A DNA stretch of 16,898 nucleotides. Source: an uncultured Janthinobacterium sp. Lineage in GTDB: Bacteria > Vulcanimicrobiota > Vulcanimicrobiia > Vulcanimicrobiales > Vulcanimicrobiaceae. Shown piece by piece: positions 1-8,311 of the stretch (position 1 is the first letter of the stretch; every line of letters starts with the position of its first letter). The notes under the pieces are model-generated. The model worked only from the letters and a program-made list of their open reading frames with translations, was not told the DNA's origin and ran no database searches. The stretch covers positions 1-16,898 of the forward strand of contig CAZZXB010000062.1 of NCBI GenBank assembly GCA_964658025.1, written 5' to 3'. Both the position numbers and the translations under genes were made by a program.

Positions 1-261
1 ACGAACTGCGATCCCGACGAGATCGATTACGCGATCCCCGGCAACGACGACGCGATCCGCGCCGTCAAGTTGATGGTTTCGAAGATCGCCGACGCGATCA
101 TCGAGGGTCGGACGGAGATCGAATCGAGCCGTTACGAGGACGAAGCGTACGACGGCGCCTACGTCGCGCAACCGCGCGCCGCGGCCGTCGCGCCGGCGCC
201 GGTCGAGCCCGATCCCGAAGCCGAATCCGCCGCCGCCGACACGCAAGAAGCCGCGGTCTGA
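1..261 (+). CDS. rpsB: 30S ribosomal protein S2, C-terminal part (5' end outside window)
   Basis: Frame from base 1 reads [24 protein letters not shown], the S2 signature, then an acidic Ala/Pro-rich tail; TGA at 259-261; directly upstream of tsf. Confidence 0.97.
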   Translation, partial: TNCDPDEIDYAIPGNDDAIRAVKLMVSKIADAIIEGRTEIESSRYEDEAYDGAYVAQPRAAAVAPAPVEPDPEAESAAADTQEAAV

Positions 262-269
262 CCGCGGCT
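249..269 (+). other. Perfect hairpin centred on the rpsB stop codon (possible attenuator/processing element)
   Basis: AGCCGCGGT (249-257) / CTG loop / ACCGCGGCT (261-269); no U-tract follows. Confidence 0.45.
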
Positions 270-316
270 CGCATCGCGCCGAACACGACCACGAACGAGA
301 AAGGTATCGTCTCACC

Positions 317-922
317 GTGAGTACCGCAACGACGTACAAGCCGTCCCCCGCCGAGATCAAGCGCCTCCGCGACGAAACGGGCGCCGGCATGCTCGACTGC
401 CGCGCCGCTCTGATCAAGACGAACGGCGGGTACGACCTCGCGAAAAAAGATCTCGTCGATCAAGGCGTGACGAAGGTCGCGAAGAAAGCCGATCGCGCCG
501 CGAACGAGGGGCGCGTCGGTTCGTACATCCACATCGGCGACAAGATCGGCGTGCTCGTCGAGATCAATTGCGAGACCGATTTCGTGGCGCGTAACGATCG
601 CTTCAAAGCGCTCGTCAACGACGTCGCGATGCACATCGCGGCGATGCCCGTGAAGTATCTCTCGCGCGACGACGTCCCCGCCGAAGAGATCGAACCGCTC
701 CGCGCGGAGTTCGCGAAAGCCGCCGAAGGCAAGCCCGCGAACATCGTCGAGAAGATCGTCGACGGAAAGCTGAACAAGTGGTACGAGGAGAACGTGCTCC
801 TCGATCAGCCCTTCATCAAGCAGGACGATCAGTCGATCTCCGAACTCGTCGCGAGCGTCGTCGGCGTCCTCGGGGAGAACATCAAGATCCGTCGCTTCGC
901 GAAATTCGCACTTGGCGAATAA
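317..922 (+). CDS. tsf: Translation elongation factor Ts, short (~200 aa) type
   Basis: [20 protein letters not shown]-terminus and [12 protein letters not shown] signature; GTG start with AAAGG upstream (~300-304); between rpsB and pyrH. Confidence 0.97.
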   Translation: MSTATTYKPSPAEIKRLRDETGAGMLDCRAALIKTNGGYDLAKKDLVDQGVTKVAKKADRAANEGRVGSYIHIGDKIGVLVEINCETDFVARNDRFKALVNDVAMHIAAMPVKYLSRDDVPAEEIEPLRAEFAKAAEGKPANIVEKIVDGKLNKWYEENVLLDQPFIKQDDQSISELVASVVGVLGENIKIRRFAKFALGE

Positions 923-1670
923 CGAGCCCGCGTACTCGCGCGTCCTGCTGAAGATCTCGGGCGAGGCCTTCGCGGGAGCGGATTCCGCGGTCGACGTCGA
1001 GACGACGTCGTGGATGGCGGAGCAGATCGCCGACGTCTCGCGCGCGGGCGTCTCCGTCGCCGTCGTCGTCGGCGGCGGGAACATCTGGCGCGGCAAGGCG
1101 CACCAGTCGGCCGGGATGGATCGTGCGACCGCCGATTACATGGGGATGCTCGCGACCGTCATCAACGCGCTCGCGTTGCAGGACGCGCTCGAGCGGATCG
1201 GCATCCCGTCGCGCGTGCAGACGGCGATCCAGATGCAACAGATCGCGGAGCCCTACATCCGACGTCGCGCGATCCGCCATCTCGAGAAACGGCGCGTCGT
1301 GATCTTCGGTGCGGGGACGGGGAATCCGTACTTCACGACCGATACGACGGCGGCGCTCCGTGCGGTCGAGATCGACGCGCAGGCGATCCTCAAGGCGACG
1401 AAGGTCGACGGCATCTACACCGCCGATCCGAAAAAAGATGCGACCGCGACGCGCTTCACGCGGCTCGAGTATCTCGAAGTCCTACAGCGCGGGCTCGAAG
1501 TCATGGATAGTACGGCACTGACGCTTTGCATGGACAACGATCTGCCGATCGTGGTCTTCGACATGAACGTCCCCGGCAACATCCGCCGCGCGGTGTTCGG
1601 CGAACCGATCGGCACGGTCGTCGAGGGCACGCGCGTCGGACGACCGTCCTTGGAAGGTGCGACAACGTGA
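912..1670 (+). CDS. pyrH: Uridylate kinase
   Basis: [41 protein letters not shown] motifs; TTG start overlaps the tsf end by 11 nt. Confidence 0.97.
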   Translation: MANNEPAYSRVLLKISGEAFAGADSAVDVETTSWMAEQIADVSRAGVSVAVVVGGGNIWRGKAHQSAGMDRATADYMGMLATVINALALQDALERIGIPSRVQTAIQMQQIAEPYIRRRAIRHLEKRRVVIFGAGTGNPYFTTDTTAALRAVEIDAQAILKATKVDGIYTADPKKDATATRFTRLEYLEVLQRGLEVMDSTALTLCMDNDLPIVVFDMNVPGNIRRAVFGEPIGTVVEGTRVGRPSLEGATT

Positions 1671-2233
1671 GCGACGGCCTCGACGACGTCTTCAAATCGA
1701 CCGAACAGCGCATGCAGAAAGCCGTCGATGCGACGCGCACCGATTTCGCGTCGATCCGCACGGGTCGCGCGTCGACCGCGTTGCTCGATCGCCTGCACGT
1801 AGAGGCCTACGGGTCGAGCGTTCCGCTCAAGCAGGTCGCGACCGTGAGCGCTCCCGACGCCCGATCGCTGCAGATCCAGGCCTTCGATCGGAACACGGTC
1901 GGCGCGATCCGCAAGGCGATCGAGACGAGCGATCTCGGCCTCTCGCCGAACATCGACGGCTCGACGATCCGCCTCGGCATCCCGCCGCTCACGGAAGATC
2001 GTCGCAAAGATCTCGTCAAGGTCATCCGCAAGAAAGCGGAAGACGGCAAGGTCGCGGTGCGCAACGTCCGTCACAAGTGCACCGACGAGATCAAGCTCCT
2101 CCTCAAAGACGGGACGATTACCGAAGACGATAACAAGCGCGCGGGCGAGCGCGTGCAGAAGATGACCGATAAGTACGTCAAGGACGTCGACGCGCTCGTC
2201 GTCGTCAAGGAAAAGGAGATCATGGAGGTCTAA
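1667..2233 (+). CDS. frr: Ribosome recycling factor
   Basis: [37 protein letters not shown] motifs; start moved to GTG 1667 (GTGA overlap with pyrH stop, SD GGAAGG 1652-1657), giving 188 aa. Confidence 0.97.
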   Translation: MSDGLDDVFKSTEQRMQKAVDATRTDFASIRTGRASTALLDRLHVEAYGSSVPLKQVATVSAPDARSLQIQAFDRNTVGAIRKAIETSDLGLSPNIDGSTIRLGIPPLTEDRRKDLVKVIRKKAEDGKVAVRNVRHKCTDEIKLLLKDGTITEDDNKRAGERVQKMTDKYVKDVDALVVVKEKEIMEV

Positions 2234-2261
2234 CCTCCGAGATCGACCGAAGGGGAGACGC

Positions 2262-2471
2262 TTGGATCACGCGCTCGAGGAACCGTCTCTCGCGCTGCTT
2301 CCCGAGACGGAAGCGCGGGAACGGCTCGCGGACCGGCCGCTCGATTTTCGAGTCTTACAGCCGCCCTTTCCGGCCCTCGGGGTCGGCGTGCTCCGCGTCC
2401 TACGCGTGAGCGAGCGCGACGATCGGACCGAGATCGTCGCCGGGTACGACCGCTACGAGCGCCTACCGTGA
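2262..2471 (+). CDS. Small hypothetical protein (69 aa), possibly PASTA-like
   Basis: SD AGGGGAG at 2251-2257, TTG start, fills the frr-uppS gap, stop overlaps the uppS GTG (GTGA). Confidence 0.75.
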   Translation: MDHALEEPSLALLPETEARERLADRPLDFRVLQPPFPALGVGVLRVLRVSERDDRTEIVAGYDRYERLP

Positions 2472-3190
2472 GCCTCGCCTCCGACGCCGTCGCGGTGCCG
2501 CGGCACATCGCGATCATCATGGACGGCAATCGCCGCTGGGCCAAACGTCGTCGGCTCCCGGCGATCGAAGGGCACCGACGGGGCATGCTCGCGCTCCGGC
2601 ACGTGACGCGCGCGGCGAGCGATCTCGGCGTCGAGATGCTGACCGTCTACGGCTTCTCCACGGAGAACTGGAAGCGCGATTCGACCGAGATCTCGCTCTT
2701 ACTCGATCTCGCGGTCTACTTCGCGCGACACGAACTCGCCGAACTCATCCGCAATAACGTCCGCGTCCGCATCATCGGAGACTATCGGGCCCTGCCGCGC
2801 ACCTCCGCCGAGGCGCTCGACGGGTTGATGGAACGCACGGCCGCGAACGACGGCCTCTTGCTCAACCTCGCCGTGAATTACAGCTCGCGCGCGGAACTGC
2901 GCGATGCCGTCGGGCGCGTCGCGCGCGAGGTCGGGGCGGGCGATCTCGAACCGGAGGCGATCGATGAAGAACTCGTCGCGTCGTACCTCGCGACATCGGG
3001 ACTCCCCGATCCCGAACTCTTGATCCGACCGGGCGGCGAGTCGCGACTCTCGAATTTTTTGCTCTTCCAACTCGCGGGCGCGCAGATCTATCTCACGGAT
3101 ACGTATTGGCCCGATTTCGGCGCCGACGATCTCCGTCGCGCGCTCGAAACCTATCGCACGCGCGCGCTCGCGCGGAATGCGGGGGCGTGA
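2468..3190 (+). CDS. uppS: cis-prenyltransferase / undecaprenyl diphosphate synthase family (divergent C-terminus)
   Basis: HIAIIMDGNRRWA, GHRRG, FSTENWKR, RLSNFLL, WPDF motifs; canonical position between frr and cdsA. Confidence 0.93.
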   Translation: MSLASDAVAVPRHIAIIMDGNRRWAKRRRLPAIEGHRRGMLALRHVTRAASDLGVEMLTVYGFSTENWKRDSTEISLLLDLAVYFARHELAELIRNNVRVRIIGDYRALPRTSAEALDGLMERTAANDGLLLNLAVNYSSRAELRDAVGRVAREVGAGDLEPEAIDEELVASYLATSGLPDPELLIRPGGESRLSNFLLFQLAGAQIYLTDTYWPDFGADDLRRALETYRTRALARNAGA

Positions 3191-4032
3191 CGGCTACCGC
3201 GCCCGGTGCCGCGCGGACGGGGAGCGATCTCGCGCGCCGGACCGCGAGCGGCTTGCTGCTCGCGGCGCTCGTTTTCGGATCGCTCGCCTTCGTGCCCGCC
3301 TTCACCGTGGTCATCCTCGTCGTGTGTCTCGCGTCGCTCTGGGAGCTCAAGGCGATGACGGCGCGCGAGGGCGAGCCGCTGATCTTTCCGGTCGCGGCGA
3401 GCGCGATCGCGGCGTACATCGTGCTCGCGGCGATGAACCTCCAGCACGCGTACGAGAAGGCGATCCTCGGCTTCACGATCATCGGATCGCTCGCGTTCTC
3501 GCTCGGCGGATCGCGTCAGGGTTTTTTCGCGCGCAGCGCGTTCACGGTCTTCGGCGTGCTCTACATCGGATGGCTCGGCTCGTACTTCCTCGCGTTACGG
3601 AATCTGCCGCACGTCGGCCTCGCGTACGCCGCGGAGAGCATCGTCGCGATCGCGTTCACGGACATCTTCGCGATGCTCGTGGGGACCTCGATCGGCCGGA
3701 CGCGGATGACCTCGATCTCGCCGAACAAGACGTGGGAAGGCGCGGCCGGAGGCTTTCTCGCATCGACGCTCGTCTGCGCGTCGTTCGCCGCCGCCGTACC
3801 GTTATTCGCGATGCCGTGGTGGCAGGGCGCGTTCGTCGGCGCGCTGACGAGCCTCGGCGCGCAGGTCGGCGATCTCATCGAATCGGCGCTCAAACGCGAC
3901 GCGCGCGTGAAGGACGCGGGGACGCTCATGGCCGGGCACGGCGGCATCCTCGATCGCTACGATTCGTATACGTTCGGCGGTATCGCATTTTATGCAGCGC
4001 TGTACGTTACGGGACACATCGCGCATCCGTAG
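3187..4032 (+). CDS. cdsA: Phosphatidate cytidylyltransferase
   Basis: ISPNKTWEG and GDLIESALKRDARVKDAG..GHGGILDRYDS signatures; multi-TM; start moved to GTG 3187 overlapping the uppS stop. Confidence 0.95.
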   Translation: MTATAPGAARTGSDLARRTASGLLLAALVFGSLAFVPAFTVVILVVCLASLWELKAMTAREGEPLIFPVAASAIAAYIVLAAMNLQHAYEKAILGFTIIGSLAFSLGGSRQGFFARSAFTVFGVLYIGWLGSYFLALRNLPHVGLAYAAESIVAIAFTDIFAMLVGTSIGRTRMTSISPNKTWEGAAGGFLASTLVCASFAAAVPLFAMPWWQGAFVGALTSLGAQVGDLIESALKRDARVKDAGTLMAGHGGILDRYDSYTFGGIAFYAALYVTGHIAHP

Positions 4033-4054
4033 GCGGTCGTCGTCGCGTCCGGGC

Positions 4055-4079
4055 GAGGCGGCCGCGTGCGCGACGCGAA
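4055..4079 (+). promoter_or_regulatory. Putative sigma-H-like promoter (GAGG-N17-CGAA) upstream of dxr
   Basis: GAGG 4055-4058, CGAA 4076-4079, 10 nt before GTG 4090; same spacing as upstream of proS. GAAGG here could instead be just an SD. Confidence 0.35.
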
Positions 4080-4089
4080 GGTGAATTCC

Positions 4090-5295
4090 GTGCAGAAGAA
4101 GATCGCGATTCTCGGGTCGACGGGTTCGATCGGAACGCAGACGCTCGACGTCGTCGCGCGTTTCCCCGAGCGCTTTCGCGTCGTCGCGCTCGCCGCCGGA
4201 ACGCGCGTCGCGGATGCGGTCGAGCAGGCGAAACGCTTCTCGCCCGAGATCGTCTCGTGCGCGAACGAAGGCGACGTCGCGGCACTGCGCGCCGCGCTCC
4301 CCGCAGGCGTTCGCGTCGCGCACGGCGCCGCGGGATTGCTCGCCGTCGCCGCGGAGAGCGGCGCCGACGTCGTGGTCGCGGCGACCGACGGTGCGGTCGC
4401 CTTCGACGCGGTGTTCGCCGCGGTCGAGCGCGGCATCCGGATCGCGGTCGCGAACAAAGAACTCATCGTCGCCGCGGGCGAGCTCTTCGTCGCGGCGGCG
4501 AAACGCTCGGGCGCCGAGATCGTTCCGGTCGATTCCGAGCACAGCGCGATCTTCCAGTGCCTCGTCGGCGAACCGCCCGAACGGATCGGGTCGATCGTCC
4601 TCACCGCGTCGGGGGGACCCTTCTGGGAGTGGGATCGCGAGGCGATCGCGCGCGCCTCGGTCGCCGACGCGTTACGCCATCCGACGTGGCAGATGGGGAC
4701 GAAGAACACCGTCGACTCCGCCTCGCTCATGAACAAAGGATTGGAAGTGATCGAGGCGAGCCGACTCTTCGGCGTTCCGGCCGAACGGATCGACGTGCTC
4801 GTCCATCGCACGTCCGTCGCGCACGGCTTCGTCGTGTTCGCCGACGGTAACGTGAAGGCGCAACTCGCGCCGCCCGACATGCGCCTGCCGATCGGGTACG
4901 CGCTCGCCTATCCCGATCGGCTCCCGAGCCGACCGCGGACGAGCGCGCTCGCCGCCCTCGGGGCGGCCGCCGACGCCGAGCGGGCGCGGCTCGACTTCGC
5001 GCCGCCCGATCTCGAGCGGTTTCCGTGCCTCGGGCTCGCCTACGACGCGCTCCGGCGCGGGGGAACGGCCCCGGCCGTCCTCTCCGCCGCAAACGAAATC
5101 GCCGTCCGCGCGTTCGTAGGAGGGGAGATCCGCTTCGGATCGATCGCGGACGTCGTCGCGGCGGCGCTCGACGGGGTTCCGGACGAAACCCTCAGCCTCC
5201 AGGCCGTCCGCGCCGCGGACGCGCGGGCGCGGGAGATCGCCCTCGCGGCGGTCGAGGCCCGCTCCCTCACACCGACGAAACAAGGATTAGCATGA
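4090..5295 (+). CDS. dxr: 1-deoxy-D-xylulose 5-phosphate reductoisomerase (MEP pathway)
   Basis: ILGSTGSIG, ANKE, PVDSEH, LTASGGPF, HPTWQMG, MNKGLEVIEA, PDMRLPI, AANEIAV; start GTG 4090 preferred (4066 and 4081 are in-frame alternatives). Confidence 0.96.
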   Translation: MQKKIAILGSTGSIGTQTLDVVARFPERFRVVALAAGTRVADAVEQAKRFSPEIVSCANEGDVAALRAALPAGVRVAHGAAGLLAVAAESGADVVVAATDGAVAFDAVFAAVERGIRIAVANKELIVAAGELFVAAAKRSGAEIVPVDSEHSAIFQCLVGEPPERIGSIVLTASGGPFWEWDREAIARASVADALRHPTWQMGTKNTVDSASLMNKGLEVIEASRLFGVPAERIDVLVHRTSVAHGFVVFADGNVKAQLAPPDMRLPIGYALAYPDRLPSRPRTSALAALGAAADAERARLDFAPPDLERFPCLGLAYDALRRGGTAPAVLSAANEIAVRAFVGGEIRFGSIADVVAAALDGVPDETLSLQAVRAADARAREIALAAVEARSLTPTKQGLA

Positions 5296-6446
5296 TCGCA
5301 GCACCCGGACTTCTCGCCACGATCTCGCTCCCGTCGGTCGACGGGCTCGGGAAGATCGCGATCTTTCTCTTGATGCTCTCGATCCTCGTCGTCTTGCACG
5401 AAGGCGGCCACTTCTTGCTCGCGCGCCTCAACGGCGTCCGCGTCAACGATTTCGCGGTCGGCTTCGGTCCGACGCTCCTGAAGTGGACCTCCCCGCGGAG
5501 CGGGACGAACTACCGTCTCAACTTGCTCCCCATCGGCGGCTACTGCGCGATGCAGGGCGAGGACGGGCAGACGAATCAGGCGGAGCAACAGCGCGAGTTC
5601 CGCGCGTCGGGTCGCGCGACCGACGACAACTTCCAGAGTAAGCGGCCGTGGCAGCGGCTTTCGATCGTCGTCGCGGGCCCGATCGCGAACTTCATCCTCG
5701 CCTTCGTCATCTTGTTCGTCGCGGCGATCACGTTCGGCATCGCGAGCGATCGCGAATACACGACGAAGATCGGTCCGCTCAGTCCGGGATCGCCCGGGGC
5801 GCGCGCGGGCCTGCAGATCGGCGACGAGATCACCGCGATCGACGGCGTGAGCTACGATCGCGGCGACAAGATGGTCGCGAAGATCCGCTCGTCGCCGGGG
5901 AAGCCGCTCCGCGTCACCTACCTCCGTCACGGCGTCTCGACGAACGTGACGATCACGCCGAAGGCCGTCCGCGACGGCAATACGACGATCGGGCAGTTCG
6001 GCTTCATCCGCATCCCCGAATTCCGTCGCGTGTCGCCGTTGAAGGCGGTCCCCGTCGCCGCGGTCGAGTTCGTCAACACCGTGCAGATGCAACTCACGGG
6101 ATACGGCCAACTCATCAGCCATCCGGCGCAATACGGCTCGCAGATCTCGGGACCGATCGGCATGGAACGCGCGGCGTCCGTCTATCAGGATCTCGGCTGG
6201 GCGCCGTATCTGAGCCTCGCGGCGATGATCTCGGTCGCGCTCGGATTACTCAACCTCTTACCGTTTCCGGCGCTCGACGGCGGTCGCGGGGTGTTCATCG
6301 TCGCGGAGATGTTCCGCGGACGCCCCGTCGAGCCCGATAAAGAAGCGCTCGTCCACCTCACCGGCTTCGCCGTGTTGATGGTCTTGATGGTGTTCGTGGC
6401 GTTCCACGATATCCTCAATCTCGTCTCCGGCAAGGGAGTTTTCTAG
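5292..6446 (+). CDS. rseP: RseP/RasP M50 intramembrane zinc metalloprotease with one PDZ domain
   Basis: HEGGH zinc motif, PIGGYC, AGPIANF, PDZ-like SPGARAGLQIGDEITAIDG, NLLPFPALDGG; ATG 5292 overlaps the dxr stop (ATGA). Confidence 0.94.
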   Translation: MIAAPGLLATISLPSVDGLGKIAIFLLMLSILVVLHEGGHFLLARLNGVRVNDFAVGFGPTLLKWTSPRSGTNYRLNLLPIGGYCAMQGEDGQTNQAEQQREFRASGRATDDNFQSKRPWQRLSIVVAGPIANFILAFVILFVAAITFGIASDREYTTKIGPLSPGSPGARAGLQIGDEITAIDGVSYDRGDKMVAKIRSSPGKPLRVTYLRHGVSTNVTITPKAVRDGNTTIGQFGFIRIPEFRRVSPLKAVPVAAVEFVNTVQMQLTGYGQLISHPAQYGSQISGPIGMERAASVYQDLGWAPYLSLAAMISVALGLLNLLPFPALDGGRGVFIVAEMFRGRPVEPDKEALVHLTGFAVLMVLMVFVAFHDILNLVSGKGVF

Positions 6447-6449
6447 CTC

Positions 6450-7613
6450 ATGATCCGCCTCCGGCGTCCCTCCAATCCGATTCTGCTCGAGAATAAATCC
6501 AAGTGGTCGAGCGGTGCGAAAAAGGTTTGGATGGGCGGCGATCACCCCGTCGTCGTGCAGTCCATGACGACGACCGACACCGCCGACGCCGATAAGACGC
6601 TCGAACAGATCTACGGGCTCGCCGCGGCGGGTTGCGAGGTCGTTCGCGTGACCGTCAAGGATCCGCCCGACGCCGCGGGGATGCCCGCGATCGTCGCGCG
6701 CTCGCCCGTGCCGATCGTCGCCGACATCCACTTCGATCACAAGATGGCGCTCGCCGCGCTCGAAGCCGGCGTCGCGAAGCTGCGCCTCAATCCGGGCAAC
6801 ATCACCGATCCGAAGAAGACGCGCGAAGTCGTCACGCTCGCCAAAGAGATGGGGACGCCGATCCGCATCGGCGTGAACATGGGATCGCTCGCGGCGGATC
6901 TCGAGAAACAGTACGGGCATTCGCCCGAAGCGATGGTGCGTAGCGCGCTCCGGCACGTGGAGATCCTCGAGGAACTCGATCACCGTCAGATCGTCATCTC
7001 GCTCAAGGCGCACGACGTGCCGACGACGGTCCACGCCTATCGTCTCGCCGACAAGATGCTCGCGGAACGCGGCACGCCGTACGCGTTGCACTTGGGCGTC
7101 ACCGAAGCGGGTCTCATGCGCGAGGGGACGATCAAGTCGTCGATCGGCATGGGCATCCTGTTGTGGGAAGGCATCGGCGACACGCTCCGTTGTTCGCTCG
7201 CGGCCGATCCGATCGAAGAAGTCCCCGTGTGTTGGGGCATCCTCAAGGCGTTACAGATTCGCGAGAAAGGCTTCGACATCACGGCGTGTCCGTCGTGCGG
7301 TCGCGCCGAGATCGAAGTCGTCGAACTCGCGCGTTCGGTCGAAGCGATCGCCAAAGAATACTCGGCGCCCGTGAAGGTCGCCGTGATGGGCTGCGTCGTC
7401 AACGGACCGGGCGAGAGCAAGATGGCCGACGTCGGCGTCGCGGGCGGCAAAGGCAAGGGCGCGATCTATCGCAAGGGCGAGCTCGTCGGCACGTGGCCCG
7501 AAGCCGAACTCCTCGGCGCGCTGCGCGAGGAGATCGAGAAAGTCATCGTCGACCTCTATCCGGATTTCATCGGAGAGACGGCACATGGAAAAAGTCTCGC
7601 CACGGTCTCCTAG
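6450..7613 (+). CDS. ispG: (E)-4-hydroxy-3-methylbut-2-enyl-diphosphate synthase (MEP pathway)
   Basis: VQSMT, ADIHFD, RLNPGNI, LHLGVTEAG, GIGDTLR, ACPSCGR and MGCVVNGPGE Fe-S motifs. Confidence 0.97.
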   Translation: MIRLRRPSNPILLENKSKWSSGAKKVWMGGDHPVVVQSMTTTDTADADKTLEQIYGLAAAGCEVVRVTVKDPPDAAGMPAIVARSPVPIVADIHFDHKMALAALEAGVAKLRLNPGNITDPKKTREVVTLAKEMGTPIRIGVNMGSLAADLEKQYGHSPEAMVRSALRHVEILEELDHRQIVISLKAHDVPTTVHAYRLADKMLAERGTPYALHLGVTEAGLMREGTIKSSIGMGILLWEGIGDTLRCSLAADPIEEVPVCWGILKALQIREKGFDITACPSCGRAEIEVVELARSVEAIAKEYSAPVKVAVMGCVVNGPGESKMADVGVAGGKGKGAIYRKGELVGTWPEAELLGALREEIEKVIVDLYPDFIGETAHGKSLATVS

Positions 7614-8076
7614 CCTCCGCACGATCGGCGCGACGGTCGCCGTCGCGGCCGTCTGCGCCGCGATGACGTCGCTCTCGAAACCGGCCGCGATGCAGATCGA
7701 CGGCCGCAACATGGTCTCCGACGTCCCGCCGATCACGACGGCGAAGGGCGCCTACGTCCCGCTCCGTGCGGTCGCGACGACGCTCGGCGCCGATATGGAT
7801 TTCGACGCGAAGACGGGGACGATCGAGCTCGCGCGCGGCCGTCACACGCTCCGTCTCAAGGTCGGCGATCGCGACGCGACGTTCGACGGGAAGAAGCTCG
7901 TGCTGAAAACGGCGCCGTTCCAAACCCACGGTCGGACGATGGTCTCGCTCGGCACGATCGCCCGCGCGTTCCACACGCGCGTGAGCTACGAGCCCGCGCG
8001 TGCGAAGATCGACGTGATGACGAGCGGCGAAGAGTCTTCCGCGGAACAATCGCTCGGCGATGCGGGCGCGCCGTAA
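7585..8076 (+). CDS. Secreted/surface protein with copper amine oxidase-like N-terminal (stalk) domain
   Basis: Basic then hydrophobic N-terminus (TIGATVAVAAVCAAM); repeat pattern GAYVPLRAVATTLGADMDFD ... GRTMVSLGTIARAF typical of Cu_amine_oxidN1; SD GGAGAG 7572-7577; 29-nt overlap with ispG. Confidence 0.8.
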   Translation: MEKVSPRSPSLRTIGATVAVAAVCAAMTSLSKPAAMQIDGRNMVSDVPPITTAKGAYVPLRAVATTLGADMDFDAKTGTIELARGRHTLRLKVGDRDATFDGKKLVLKTAPFQTHGRTMVSLGTIARAFHTRVSYEPARAKIDVMTSGEESSAEQSLGDAGAP

Positions 8077-8107
8077 CCGAGGGATCGCACCGCCCTCTCG
8101 ATCTCGG

Positions 8108-8300
8108 ATGGCCGATGACGCACCGGCGTAGACGTCATCGCGTCTGAGGCCGCGATCGGCGAGATCGAAGTCGCCGTCACCGCCGAAACCCCGGCAAGAT
8201 ACTTCCGCCGGTAGGTCGCGTATCGCGTTCGATCCGTCGGTCGTCGGCGTGGCCGACGCGGTCTCGGCGCACGTCGCGGAGTTCGCGTCGCGCGCGGCTT
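8108..8300 (+). pseudogene. Possible frameshifted gene remnant in the convergent intergenic gap
   Basis: Two segments with coding-like codon usage in different frames: DVIASEAAIGEIEVAVTAET (8131-8190) and IAFDPSVVGVADAVSAHVAEFASRA (8222-8296); no intact ORF. Confidence 0.25.
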
Positions 8301-8311
8301 CGGTCGGGGGC

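Noticed and set aside
7585..8076. Copper amine oxidase enzyme
   Set aside because: Only the non-catalytic N-terminal stalk-like domain is present (163 aa).
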